The translations under genes were made by a program, and so were the position numbers. From the NCBI GenBank assembly GCA_963732855.1, contig CAVTBB010000002.1:439733-503732 (forward strand): DNA of 64,000 nucleotides, read 5' to 3'. This DNA is from an uncultured Methanomassiliicoccales archaeon. GTDB lineage: Archaea; Thermoplasmatota; Thermoplasmata; Methanomassiliicoccales; UBA472. Of the stretch, positions 31,087 to 41,114 are shown in pieces (position 1 is the stretch's first letter; the number at the start of each line of letters is the position of its first letter). The notes under the pieces are model-generated. The model had not been told where the DNA came from, made no database searches, and saw only the letters and a list, made by a program, of their open reading frames with translations.

Positions 31087-31923
31087 TCACGGGCTCCATT
31101 GGTACTGATAGGTTTTGGTCACCGAGGCGGAAAGGAAGTCTGCCTGCACGTCGAAGTACAGTAAATCGCTGTTCGTCGCCAGGTACTGAGCGATCGGTTC
31201 CGACAGGTAGAGGTTCAATATGCCGGAGGTCTGCGGTTGCAATGTAATCTGCTGGGTTGACTCGGACATTATCCCCGAAGCGTTCCTCATGGTCACGTTG
31301 AGAATCATCGGCGCACCCGATATTATGTCCGAAACGTCCAGGCTATAGGGGATGGTGAGGAAGCGCTGTCCGCCGCTCTGTGCCAGGTTAATGTTGTTCA
31401 CGTCGATGTTGTAATTCTTGACCAGAGGCTGCCATTCTATCGTGGAGTTACCTCCGATATTGACCGATACCCAGCCCAGAGGATAGGTTGCGCCTACGTC
31501 CAGGAGCATGTTGATCTGCGTGACGTTGAAGACAAGAGACCGGAGGGCTGTCCCGTTCATTCTGTTCATGTCGATGACCATCCTCAGGTCCAGGTCATTC
31601 CATTGGCCGGAGCGGATGTCCATGCGGTCCGTGGCGGCATTGGCCAGACTGGTGGAATTGTCAGCCGTCATGCCGAAGTCGATATAGAAATCGTTGACGT
31701 CGAACATTCCCCCGTTGTAAACCTCAACCGTTGTCCCGAGCTCCAATGTCCCGTTTTCGAAGGTCCAAACACCGTCCTGAAGATCTGGCATGTTCACCTT
31801 CATGCCGCCAGTCACAGGGGTCACCACCGCTAGAATAAGGATAACGACGATAGCTATCTTGAATGCCAGGATGCCTAACCGCGTCACAATCAACTGCCAT
31901 CTCATATCGATGAAGCTCCCCAT
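31087..31923 (-). CDS. Membrane-anchored beta-rich exported protein
   Basis: One N-terminal TM, many N-x-S/T sequons; 4 nt from the downstream gene. Confidence 0.75.
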   Translation of the reverse strand: MGSFIDMRWQLIVTRLGILAFKIAIVVILILAVVTPVTGGMKVNMPDLQDGVWTFENGTLELGTTVEVYNGGMFDVNDFYIDFGMTADNSTSLANAATDRMDIRSGQWNDLDLRMVIDMNRMNGTALRSLVFNVTQINMLLDVGATYPLGWVSVNIGGNSTIEWQPLVKNYNIDVNNINLAQSGGQRFLTIPYSLDVSDIISGAPMILNVTMRNASGIMSESTQQITLQPQTSGILNLYLSEPIAQYLATNSDLLYFDVQADFLSASVTKTYQYQWSP

Positions 31924-32098
31924 CAGCCGAAGAATCCCGTGCGCACTAAATAATAGGTTGCGTCCGATAACGATTTCTGAAAACCAGGAACCTGGGATGG
32001 AGGCTGATGAGAGCGCTTACCTCGGAACCCAGCGGCCAATTCTCACCCTTGACCTCGTGGCCGGTCCTCAATAGCGGTTCTTTCTCCCCCAGAATACT

Positions 32099-32659
32099 TC
32101 ACAGCCCCAGGTCTGAGGCCCTAGCCCTCATCCCTTCGAGACAGATCGCTAAGAACTCATCCCGGCCGATGCCGATCTGCTCGCAGACCATGATCCGGTC
32201 GCGGCTGACCCCTTTGGCAAAATCCTTGGAACCGAACTTCTTCACCAGTGATTCCGGGCGGACATCCGCTAGTCTCTTGGCCGGAGTGACCAGGGCGCAG
32301 GCGATCACCAGCCCGGAGGCTGCGTCACACGCGATCAGGCCCTTCTTCATCGGCGTGTCCGGGGCAATACCAGTATGCTCATGGTTGTGCGCCATGATGG
32401 CCTCGATCAATTCCGGGTCGACCTTTCCTCCTAGCATCACCTTCGCCCTGAACGTGTGGTCTTCGATCCCCGTACATACCTCGAAGTCGATATCGTGAAG
32501 GATGCCCACGACCTCCCACCGGGAGGGATCGTGACCCAGATGTGATGCGACGGAGCCCATCGCCGCCCCCACGGCGATCATGTGTTTCACATTGTTCTCC
32601 TTGGAAACGTGCTGTCTGACCATGAGGAGGGCCTCTTCCCGGGTGAGTTCTTGGATCAT
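32099..32659 (-). CDS. HDIG-domain metal-dependent phosphohydrolase
   Basis: KHMIAV, GILHDIDFE, AIMAHN, CDAASGL, KDFAKGVSR. Confidence 0.88.
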   Translation of the reverse strand: MIQELTREEALLMVRQHVSKENNVKHMIAVGAAMGSVASHLGHDPSRWEVVGILHDIDFEVCTGIEDHTFRAKVMLGGKVDPELIEAIMAHNHEHTGIAPDTPMKKGLIACDAASGLVIACALVTPAKRLADVRPESLVKKFGSKDFAKGVSRDRIMVCEQIGIGRDEFLAICLEGMRARASDLGL

Positions 32660-32861
32660 CGTTACTAGATGGAAAAACAGGAATTTGACCTTTGACCCTC
32701 CTCCGAGGGAGCTTTCAAGAAATCTCGCAGAATGGGATATGGAGATGAGGACATCCCGAAGCCGCGACATTTTCCAATGCGAACAGAGTTCATGCTGGTC
32801 GATACCATTATTGTCATGGTGATGGAATCACATTGACAGTGAGCTTCGAGGTGTCTTAGAA

Positions 32862-33834
32862 ATGAGGGTGGCGATCGCGGGGGCCGGCATGTCTGGCTCT
32901 TATCTGTACCGGATCATGAAAGGATCAGGGTTTCAATGAGGTGGACCTCTACGACGTCAAGCAGACCAGCGCCTGCCATTGCATACCCTGTGCCTGGGGC
33001 TTCGCTCCGACCTCTGGAACGCGGCAGATGATGTCCAAGGTCGTCGACCCGTCCATTTTCGAATTGAACCGTTCAACTCAGGTATCGGTGGACGGTGTGA
33101 AGATCCGTTCAGACATGATCACGTTGGATAAACCGGCGCTAATTAAGGAATTGATCAAGGGAGCGACCGTCAAAGAGGGGCGGATAGAAATGGATGCATA
33201 CGACCGTGTGGTCGATGCCACAGGGGTGAACCGGTCCTATCTGCCAAAGATCGAGGACGATATCATAGCCCAATGCACGCAATACCGCATAAGGAGCGAT
33301 GAACCCCATGGCTTATGGTTCAGGACCTCGTCGCTCGGTTACGAATGGTGCTTTCCACTCGGGAATGACGAGTACCATGTCGGTTTCGGGAACCTGAGAT
33401 CCGATGTCAAGGATTACCGGCCATCAATGCTCGACGATACGGAGAACGGCTTGAAACAGGTGCGCTGCAGATGCCAAGGCAAGGTGAGGCTATCATCTCC
33501 ATTCTTTTCCCAACCGTTCACCGAAGGGAAGGTCGTCGGCATCGGCGAAAGCATCGGGGCGGTGTCTCCCCTGGCCGCCGATGGCAACCTACATGCAATG
33601 CAGACGGCGGAACTACTGCTGGAATACTGGGAAGACCTGGACGGCTACTCAAAGGAAGTGTTACGCAGATATGACTGGATGAGAAAGGAGAGGCGCACAG
33701 CGGAAAAACTGAGGGACGGGCTGATGCCTACTATCAGCGATGCTTTGGTCTTCAAGAGGCATAGCGTCATGGCGGGGATGGAGATGAACACGCTCAATAT
33801 CTTGAGGCTGTTCCGAAAATCGCTGGAACGATGA
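32862..33834 (+). CDS. Geranylgeranyl-reductase-like FAD oxidoreductase, frameshift near 32935
   Basis: MRVAIAGAGMSG (GxGxxG), PCAWG, VVDATG, GYEWCFP, IGESIGAVSPLAADG. Confidence 0.82.
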
Positions 33835-33879
33835 GCATGTTCGACTGGAGGTTCTTCAGAGCCGATCGGGGGCCATCAA

Positions 33880-34551
33880 ATGGGGATTGATGGGAACCTG
33901 GATTGGTACCGGCATCTGGTGCACAATCAGACCATCCCAGGCAGCCTGTTCACACTGTTGCACATCCCCTTCATGCTCTCCTTCCTCTCGCTGGTCCTTC
34001 TGGGTACGTTCACCATTAAAGGGTTGGACCACGATGTCCTGTGGCTCTCGCTGGCGGCGGTTGCCCTGATGCTGTACGGCGAACACATGCTGGACGACAC
34101 GACCAGGGTGGGTAAGCCATGGCGGACGGTCTTCAGTGACCGGTCCCTGGTCATCCTCGGCGTATCCATGTATATCATCGCGGCACTGATCGGCGCTTAT
34201 GCCAGCTACCATTTCGGATCGATCCTCCCATTGGCCGGGGTGGTTATGGGGATCATGTTCTGCACGTTGTACGGGCTTGAGGTGTGGATCTTCCACCAGG
34301 TCTGGTTTGGAGCGCTAGGGATGGGGGCCATCGCCACATTCTCCTATCTCGCACAGGCCACCATCACCGGGCAGGCACTTGACGTTCTGGTCGCGTTCTT
34401 GCTCCTGGGAGCCGGTTTCTCGTTCAGCTATGTCCTCTTGGGACTCTACGAGCACAGCAAGACCGATGAGAGCTCGGTGATCTGGAACATCCTCGCCGGG
34501 CAGTTCGCGCTGTCTTATATGGCAGGACTGACGGTGGTTTTGTTCAGATAA
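33880..34551 (+). CDS. UbiA-like integral membrane protein (divergent)
   Basis: TLLHIPF...GEHMLDD motif, about 7 TM helices. Confidence 0.55.
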   Translation: MGIDGNLDWYRHLVHNQTIPGSLFTLLHIPFMLSFLSLVLLGTFTIKGLDHDVLWLSLAAVALMLYGEHMLDDTTRVGKPWRTVFSDRSLVILGVSMYIIAALIGAYASYHFGSILPLAGVVMGIMFCTLYGLEVWIFHQVWFGALGMGAIATFSYLAQATITGQALDVLVAFLLLGAGFSFSYVLLGLYEHSKTDESSVIWNILAGQFALSYMAGLTVVLFR

Positions 34552-34725
34552 CGTCCTGGAATGGATCATTGAGGGCCGGAACCTTAATTGCCATGGGGCT
34601 CCGAACTGTATCTTATTGTATGGAAAGGAAGTCGGGGCCAGACAAACTTCAGGAATGGTCATTAGCCTAACTGCTATCCCAATCATACGAGGAGATCTGG
34701 GGGGCCTTACATAAGGCCGTCATCC

Positions 34726-35649
34726 ATGTTCTATTTCGCAAGGGTGAAGCCCCTAGCCGGCTGGAGCATCAGCGGATCCCTGCTGGGCGTGGCCTTGGCC
34801 GGATATCTGGCCCACTGGAACAAGGTGGACGTCGTGCCCACCATCCTAGCTGCCGTCGTCATTGTCATGATGCAGTATGTTGCCCACCCGATGAACGATA
34901 TCATGGACTACGAACTTGACCGCCAAGCGCCCATCGGCGAAACAGGGCGAGTAAAACCATTGGTCGACGGGATGATAACCCAAAAAGAGACCGAATGGTT
35001 GAGCGTTGGCGTCATTCTGGCTGTCCTTGCCGTCCTGGCCTATCTGATATGGCTGCGCCCGGTACTGATAATGCCCGCTTTCTACGGGATGGCGGCCTTG
35101 ATCGGCTACAACCACCGATCGCTAAGGCTGGCTTATAGACCATACAGCGAGCTCTACCTGAGCATGCCGATCAATGCCATCGCGGTGTTCGTGATCTCGT
35201 ACATCGGCTCTGGCCAACTGAGCGTGATCGCCGCAGTGGTGAGCATATCTTTCGGTTTTGCCGCGAGTTCCTTCTTCGTGAGCATGATGAGCATGGACTT
35301 CCCGACCGATCGCAAGAACGGCAAGAGGACCACTGTGGTCGCCCATCCGACCCTGAGATGGTGCACATACTACCCCCTGATAGGATTGGCGATCACCTTC
35401 GTTTCATTGCCCTTGATCGCCAGTAACCTCGGTATTTTCCCTTCCCTCGCCTTCCTGGCGATATCGGCTGCAACCTTCATTTCCCTGGCACGCCTCGGCT
35501 CAAGTGTTGACAGCGTCAGGTTGGGATATTTGGCAGGGGTTATGGCCGAAGTCGAGGGGGTTACAGGAGCTGGAAGATTGCGCCAGCTTTACCTTTCGAT
35601 CGCCTACGCGTTCTCCCTGGCGATCCTTTTCGCTTATCTGGGGATGTGA
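34726..35649 (+). CDS. UbiA/MenA-family aromatic prenyltransferase
   Basis: HPMNDIMDYELD first motif, LAYRPYSE, MDFPTDRKNGKRT second motif, about 9 TM. Confidence 0.82.
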   Translation: MFYFARVKPLAGWSISGSLLGVALAGYLAHWNKVDVVPTILAAVVIVMMQYVAHPMNDIMDYELDRQAPIGETGRVKPLVDGMITQKETEWLSVGVILAVLAVLAYLIWLRPVLIMPAFYGMAALIGYNHRSLRLAYRPYSELYLSMPINAIAVFVISYIGSGQLSVIAAVVSISFGFAASSFFVSMMSMDFPTDRKNGKRTTVVAHPTLRWCTYYPLIGLAITFVSLPLIASNLGIFPSLAFLAISAATFISLARLGSSVDSVRLGYLAGVMAEVEGVTGAGRLRQLYLSIAYAFSLAILFAYLGM

Positions 35650-35653
35650 CCTG

Positions 35654-36721
35654 ATGGAACTAGTGCCCAATTCAAGAACTATCATCGAAAGGACAGGGAA
35701 GGAACGGAGCGATAGAGACAACCATTCATTCTCGACCTATCTGGAGAACATCAAACCGATGGTAGACACCAGGATCTTGGATCACTTCAGGGATGGAGGT
35801 GCAGAAACGCCGATCGACCATCGGTTGGAGATCACACTGAAGCATGGGAAAAGGATGCGGGCTGGCCTGCTCATGCTCATTTTCGAGACATTTGGTCACG
35901 AGAGGGGTCGTGAAATGGCGTTAGATCTTGCTGCAACGGTGGAAATCGCTCATGCCGCAAGCCTAATCGTGGATGACATGCTGGATGAGGACGAGACCCG
36001 GCATGACATGCCAGCCCTTCATGTCACCGCCGGGCACAAGAAGGCCTTCCTCGGGACCATCGGACTGCTATCTTATCCATACCAAATCGCCTCGATGTAC
36101 GGCAGAGAATTCGTTCTGGGAGTGGCGAGGACCCATCGTGCCATGGTCCGAGGGGCGACGATGGAGCTGAACGGAGTTCCGTCATTCGGCATCGGGGAAT
36201 CATATGAAAGTATCATCGGGAACAAGACGGGGTCCCTGTTCGGCCTGGCGGCCCGATACGGTGCCATGGCCGCCGGTTTCACGTCAGGGACAACCGATCT
36301 ATGCTCCGGGTTCGGTACGCTGACCGGAAAGGCGATGCAGGTCGCCGATGACGTGGCAGACCTAGAATCGCTGATGAACGGGAAGGCGATCGGGATTGGC
36401 GGTTCAGAGGTCTTGCTTCTGCGGCGCTGCATCGATCAAACAGGACATAGGCAAGAGGACGATGACCGGGACATTGGTGAACCTATATACCCGTTCGGAA
36501 CAGCTCGCCGAAAGGACATCGAAATCGTTCTTAACGGGTATCTCGAGGCGGCCATACGTGATGCCGTGGAGAGTGCCGAGAAGCTCGAGACCGCTTTATC
36601 GAAAGAGGGTAAGGAGCGCACCACGGACCGGCGTGTCCCTGAACTGAGGCATGTACCTCTGCAGGTCGCGAAGATGGCGCTGGGCGAAAGAAATGAGCCA
36701 GGATCTTCGGCAAGGGAATAA
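35654..36721 (+). CDS. Polyprenyl diphosphate synthase
   Basis: GKRMRA, HAASLIVDDMLD..TRH, KTGSLF, QVADDVAD. Confidence 0.9.
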   Translation: MELVPNSRTIIERTGKERSDRDNHSFSTYLENIKPMVDTRILDHFRDGGAETPIDHRLEITLKHGKRMRAGLLMLIFETFGHERGREMALDLAATVEIAHAASLIVDDMLDEDETRHDMPALHVTAGHKKAFLGTIGLLSYPYQIASMYGREFVLGVARTHRAMVRGATMELNGVPSFGIGESYESIIGNKTGSLFGLAARYGAMAAGFTSGTTDLCSGFGTLTGKAMQVADDVADLESLMNGKAIGIGGSEVLLLRRCIDQTGHRQEDDDRDIGEPIYPFGTARRKDIEIVLNGYLEAAIRDAVESAEKLETALSKEGKERTTDRRVPELRHVPLQVAKMALGERNEPGSSARE

Positions 36722-36821
36722 AGGCCGGACCCCCGATCTCCGGTCAGGTCTTACTTATGCCGTCGGCCGGACGGCCCTTCTGAATAGACAGGTCTCCGTT
36801 CAGGGGATCATCACACCATTT

Positions 36822-37013
36822 CTAGCGGTACGCGATAACGGTGGCGCCGATGTCCTTTTCGACCTTCTGGAGCTCCTTGATCTGACTTACGGATAGGTCA
36901 GCGAACTCCAAGGGTTTGTATGCGATGAGGACCACCCCAAGTTCCTTCTCCAGGGCATTTACCTTCTTGATCCCCGAGGCCGACATGTCAGCTAATTGTG
37001 TCAAGCAGACCAT
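36822..37013 (-). CDS. Small two-repeat hypothetical protein
   Basis: ADMS..IKKVNALEKELGVVLIAY / ADLS..IKELQKVEKDIGATVIAY. Confidence 0.7.
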   Translation of the reverse strand: MVCLTQLADMSASGIKKVNALEKELGVVLIAYKPLEFADLSVSQIKELQKVEKDIGATVIAYR

Positions 37014-37190
37014 TAGAACACCGGAGTGAATAGTGACCGCGGCCATATTTTTAAGCTGCCTTGTTATGGAAACAACCGATCATTTTCGACTGGAATGTGA
37101 TCGTATGAACGATCAGCTGTCTACGGCTCCCACAAACTTGGATTAAAAAAAGTTACCCCAGGCACTTTCCCGGGGCTTTTACCATTCATT

Positions 37191-37826
37191 TCAGATATTG
37201 TGCGCTTCCTTTAGATGGCGGCCAAGGTTGTTTGAGAGTTCTTCCCCATCCATTCCGCGGATCTCGGAATCGCACATAGGGCAGATCACCATTTCGTTCC
37301 CCATGCCACACTTTGCGTTCACGGTCCTGAAACTGGTGACCTCCTCGATCTTCTTTTCACCACCAGAGACCTGGCCTTGGAAGCGGGTCACTTCATCGAT
37401 CTTCTTTTCACCGCCAGAGACCTGGCCTTGGAAGCGGGTCACTTCATCGATCTTCTTTTCACCGCCAGAGACCTGGCCTTGGAAGCGGGTCACTTCATCG
37501 ATCTCCTTTTTACCGCCAGAGACCTGGCCTTGGAAGCGGGTCACTTCATCGACTTCTTTAACTGATCCTGAGGACAAAGAACCTGTCTTATCGGCATTTT
37601 CGAACGATTCCACTTCCCGGTACACCTTCGCCGAGGGCCCCACTGGACCGGGCTCACATTCTTTGCCTCCCGAGGCCATTCCCTCCATTGGCTTCCCAGG
37701 CCTGCTCATATTATGGAGCTTCAGAAAATGTTCACTTAGGTTCTTTGAGAGTTCCTCTGAACCAGCTCCCGCGATCACGTCTTGGCATTTAGGGCACTTA
37801 ATAGATGTAATACCATCACCGTGAAC
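37191..37826 (-). CDS. Protein with two CxxC..H..H (DUF1059-like) domains flanking a 17-aa repeat; start uncertain
   Basis: CPKC..EELSKNLSEHFLKLHNM and CPMC..EELSNNLGRHLKEAHNI. Confidence 0.7.
   Translation of the reverse strand, partial: VHGDGITSIKCPKCQDVIAGAGSEELSKNLSEHFLKLHNMSRPGKPMEGMASGGKECEPGPVGPSAKVYREVESFENADKTGSLSSGSVKEVDEVTRFQGQVSGGKKEIDEVTRFQGQVSGGEKKIDEVTRFQGQVSGGEKKIDEVTRFQGQVSGGEKKIEEVTSFRTVNAKCGMGNEMVICPMCDSEIRGMDGEELSNNLGRHLKEAHNI
37335..37555. repeat. 51-bp coding tandem repeat, about 4 copies
   Basis: Unit TCGATCTTCTTTTCACCGCCAGAGACCTGGCCTTGGAAGCGGGTCACTTCA at 37345, 37396, 37447, 37498; encodes IDEVTRFQGQVSGGEKK. Confidence 0.95.
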
Positions 37827-37984
37827 ATCATTCGAGTTTGTTTCTATATAACACTTATCTTTCCTGATTCGACTAGGACTCAGTGGATCTACAGATGACG
37901 CAGGAAAAGCGCTGAATGCCAAGTCGTGAAAAGGCAGCACAAGGATTAACAGAATGCTTATCGCGATACTCGAAGGTAGCTGTA

Positions 37985-38300
37985 ATGGCAGGGAAGAAGG
38001 AAAGTGACGAGGCAGTAAGATTCCATATTTTGGATATCGTTCTGGCCGGGTTGTTCATGTCCGTGCTCGATGGCGTCATGGTCATCACCACCCACTACCT
38101 TTCCGGAACCTGAGATACCACTAGGGACTTCGGTGGGTACTCTGCTGCTCTTTTCCAGATAGGGAAAGCGGACCTGACCGGGGAGTTCAGAACGCCCATA
38201 GCCTCGACCTTAGGGATGGCGGCCACCGGTCTCTGTGCTGGTGCCGGATTCGTATCATTAACTGGAGCGGCCATGTCATATGTGGGAAACAGAGAAAGCA
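37985..38300 (+). pseudogene. MFS (DHA2/EmrB-like) transporter remnant
   Basis: IVLAGLFMSVLDG N-terminal motif, then an early stop and only about 300 bp of sequence. Confidence 0.55.
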
Positions 38301-38375
38301 GAGGAGCTGCCGTTTAAATCAAATTAAAAAAGGAAGGTGGACAAGTTACCTTGTCGCGATCTTTGCTTTTATGGC

Positions 38376-38960
38376 TTATTTTATGAATCCCATCCTCAGG
38401 GCGGATCCGGCGAGTCCGGCCAGGCTTCCTGCCACGATCTCGGCCCCATACCATCCAACTCCGCTCACGAACAGCGCCGCCATTCCCCAGATGAAGAACA
38501 GGGCGGATATTCCGAGCAGGATGAATCCGATCATCTTATTGTCGAGGCTTTTTAGTATGGTCGGCATGATGACCGTTGTCAGGATGAACAGGCCTGCCAA
38601 TAGGGCGAGTAATCCCAGAAGTATTACTTGTGCACTTGAACCATAGTACCTGAGGTCAGAGAGACCGCCGAATCCGGCCAGCACCAGCATGAACCCAGAG
38701 AACAAGAACAGTACTTCGGTCATGCCGACGTTCTTCACGGTGGCAACATACTGAGGCTTGGCCGGCTGCGGCGGGTAATATTGCTGAGGGGGCTGCTGGT
38801 ATTGCGGTGCGGCCTGTTGCGGCTGCGGTTGCTGGTACTGTTGCTGCGGTGCAGATGACTTGCCATCCCAGTTACCTGGCGTTATCAGCGAGGCACCGCA
38901 GTTCGGGCAGTGCACCGCGTCGTTGACGATATTGTCCATTCCACAATTACTACATTTCAT
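38376..38960 (-). CDS. Zinc-ribbon membrane protein with Q/P-rich linker
   Basis: CSNCG...CPNCG, QQQYQQPQPQQ linker, 4 TM. Confidence 0.8.
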   Translation of the reverse strand: MKCSNCGMDNIVNDAVHCPNCGASLITPGNWDGKSSAPQQQYQQPQPQQAAPQYQQPPQQYYPPQPAKPQYVATVKNVGMTEVLFLFSGFMLVLAGFGGLSDLRYYGSSAQVILLGLLALLAGLFILTTVIMPTILKSLDNKMIGFILLGISALFFIWGMAALFVSGVGWYGAEIVAGSLAGLAGSALRMGFIK

Positions 38961-39032
38961 AAGGGAAACCTCGAACCTTGGGCGTTGAATTAGTTCCTGC
39001 AATCTTAATAGTTATCGTATACACCGGTCTTT

Positions 39033-40916
39033 CTAAAGTAGAACGAGAAGCCGATCATTTCCGGACCGTCTGCGGGGGATCATGATCTCGAACCTCGCCC
39101 CGTGGCCCGGCGTTCCGGTCTCCTGGATCGTGAGTCCCGTGATCGCAAGGATCTCCCGGGAGAGGAAGAGCCCGAGCCCGGTTCCCTTGCCAAAGCCTTT
39201 CTCGAATATCTTTTCCTTATCATTGTAGGGAATTCCCGGACCGTCGTCCTCATAGACCAATCTCATTCCTTTCTCCGTTTGGTCGCAACCGATGCTGATG
39301 GATGCGGGCTTACCCGCATAGCGCACCGTGTTCTCCATGAGATTGTTGAACACCTTTGGCAGCATAGGGTCGGCATAGAGCGAAAGCTTCGCCGCCTCCT
39401 CGCTCATTTGAAGGCATTTGACATCCCTGGCCATGGGAGCGTCGCGAACTGTCTCCCCTAGGTTCTGCCATTGCGGGGCTGAACTTCCCATGTCCTGGTA
39501 TTCCTCGGTGAAACGTATCTGTTCCAGTATGATCTGGCTCGATCGATCGATCTTGTCGAGCTTGACCACCGCGTCCGGGTCGGATATGTAGTACTTGATC
39601 AGCTCGATGTTGCCTCGCATTATGGATATCTGGTTGGTGATGTCATGCCGTGTGATGTTGTTCAGCAAGCCCAACTTTCGATTCGCCATTTCCAAAGCTA
39701 TCTCCGCTTTCTTGCGTTCGGTGATATCCTGGTTCGCCCCAAAGATCCGGATGGGCCGGCCATCATCATCCCTCACCACCTCTATGCAAACGGTGATATC
39801 CCTTACCTGGCCATCCCGGCGGACGATCCGGTGCTCAGCTTGGTTGATCCCGATGGTGGACGAAAGGTTGATCTCGATCACCTTGTTGACATGAGCCTTA
39901 TCGTCAGGATACACGAAACTATCAGTATAGGTCTGCAAAGGCATGAGGTACCCCCCCTCATTTTCGGCCGTCGTACCGTAGAGTGCATAGAACTGATCGT
40001 TGAAGATGAAAATTCCTTTGACCAAGTCAATGTCCCAATAGACCAGTTTGGCCAGGTCCATGGCCAGAGCAAGCTGATACTGAGCTGCTCGGAGATCCTC
40101 CTCCGCGGCAGAGATCTGCGAATAGGACGTGCTAAGCTCCTCATTCTTCCGGAAGAGCTCAACCTCTACCTTCTTCCGTTCGGTGATGTCCTGCAGAACG
40201 CCGAAGACAATGCGGTGGATCGGATCGTATTCCGCCCACGAATGGACATCCAATAACCTATTGTCGGAAGGCCTCTTGATCTTGAATTCGATGTCGTAGG
40301 GTTTCCCTTTCTCTATAAGGTCAGTTATCTCACTATCTAGATTGGCTCGGAATTCGGGCAACGGGGTCTTCTTGATCTCAGAATATGCCTCCCGCGTCTG
40401 ATCGATGCCATATATGATCTGGGCACCTGCGGAAGCATGCATGTACATAGTATCCAGGTGGAGTTCCCAGTGACCGATCCCAGCGATCTCCTCGGCGTGT
40501 TTCAGGCGAGCCTCGCTCTCTTGAAGCGCGAGCACCGCACGGCGCCGTTCAGTAGCTCTTATGATCCTGTGGGCCAGTTCGGCGAACTGGGGTCGAGGTT
40601 GCCCGCCTTTCTGTAAATATGAATCAACCCCTTCGTTCAGCGCCTGGATCACTACCTCTTCCCTGCCTCTTCCAGTGAAAAGAATGAATGGAATATCGTT
40701 GCCTGATTTTCTGAGTGCCTTCAGGAAGGCCAACCCGTCCATTTCCGGCATCATGTAGTCTGAAACGACGACGTCGATGTCTCCTTCGAGGATTATGTTC
40801 ATCCCCGCCTGAGCGTTAGTGGCTGTAACCACTATGATCTCGCTAGAGGTCTGCAAGAACTCTTTAGCTAGTTCCAGCAAGTGTTCCTCGTCATCGACGT
40901 ATAGGGCTCTGATCAT
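39033..40916 (-). CDS. Hybrid REC-PAS-PAS histidine kinase
   Basis: YVDDE..SDYMMP, PAS/PAC ends QDITERK twice, RHDITNQ H-box, DDGPGI, GTGLGL. Confidence 0.93.
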   Translation of the reverse strand: MIRALYVDDEEHLLELAKEFLQTSSEIIVVTATNAQAGMNIILEGDIDVVVSDYMMPEMDGLAFLKALRKSGNDIPFILFTGRGREEVVIQALNEGVDSYLQKGGQPRPQFAELAHRIIRATERRRAVLALQESEARLKHAEEIAGIGHWELHLDTMYMHASAGAQIIYGIDQTREAYSEIKKTPLPEFRANLDSEITDLIEKGKPYDIEFKIKRPSDNRLLDVHSWAEYDPIHRIVFGVLQDITERKKVEVELFRKNEELSTSYSQISAAEEDLRAAQYQLALAMDLAKLVYWDIDLVKGIFIFNDQFYALYGTTAENEGGYLMPLQTYTDSFVYPDDKAHVNKVIEINLSSTIGINQAEHRIVRRDGQVRDITVCIEVVRDDDGRPIRIFGANQDITERKKAEIALEMANRKLGLLNNITRHDITNQISIMRGNIELIKYYISDPDAVVKLDKIDRSSQIILEQIRFTEEYQDMGSSAPQWQNLGETVRDAPMARDVKCLQMSEEAAKLSLYADPMLPKVFNNLMENTVRYAGKPASISIGCDQTEKGMRLVYEDDGPGIPYNDKEKIFEKGFGKGTGLGLFLSREILAITGLTIQETGTPGHGARFEIMIPRRRSGNDRLLVLL

Positions 40917-41114
40917 CGCAATTTATCCTTTCCATACTGACGGTCTCGGTTCATATACCTTCATTCCCAAGAATCAATGTTGAGATATCCGGAATTGGAC
41001 TGGATGTTTTGAAATGCCTATTTGCTATATTTAATCCGGACTGAAATCGTTCGTATTCAAGGTTATATAATTCGAAGAATAGGCATCACTTTCGTCGGCA
41101 GCGCCGCAAATGGA

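Noticed and set aside
37335-37555. Possible CRISPR array
   Set aside because: The units are contiguous with no unique spacers, their length is a multiple of 3, they lie in an ORF, and no cas genes are present.
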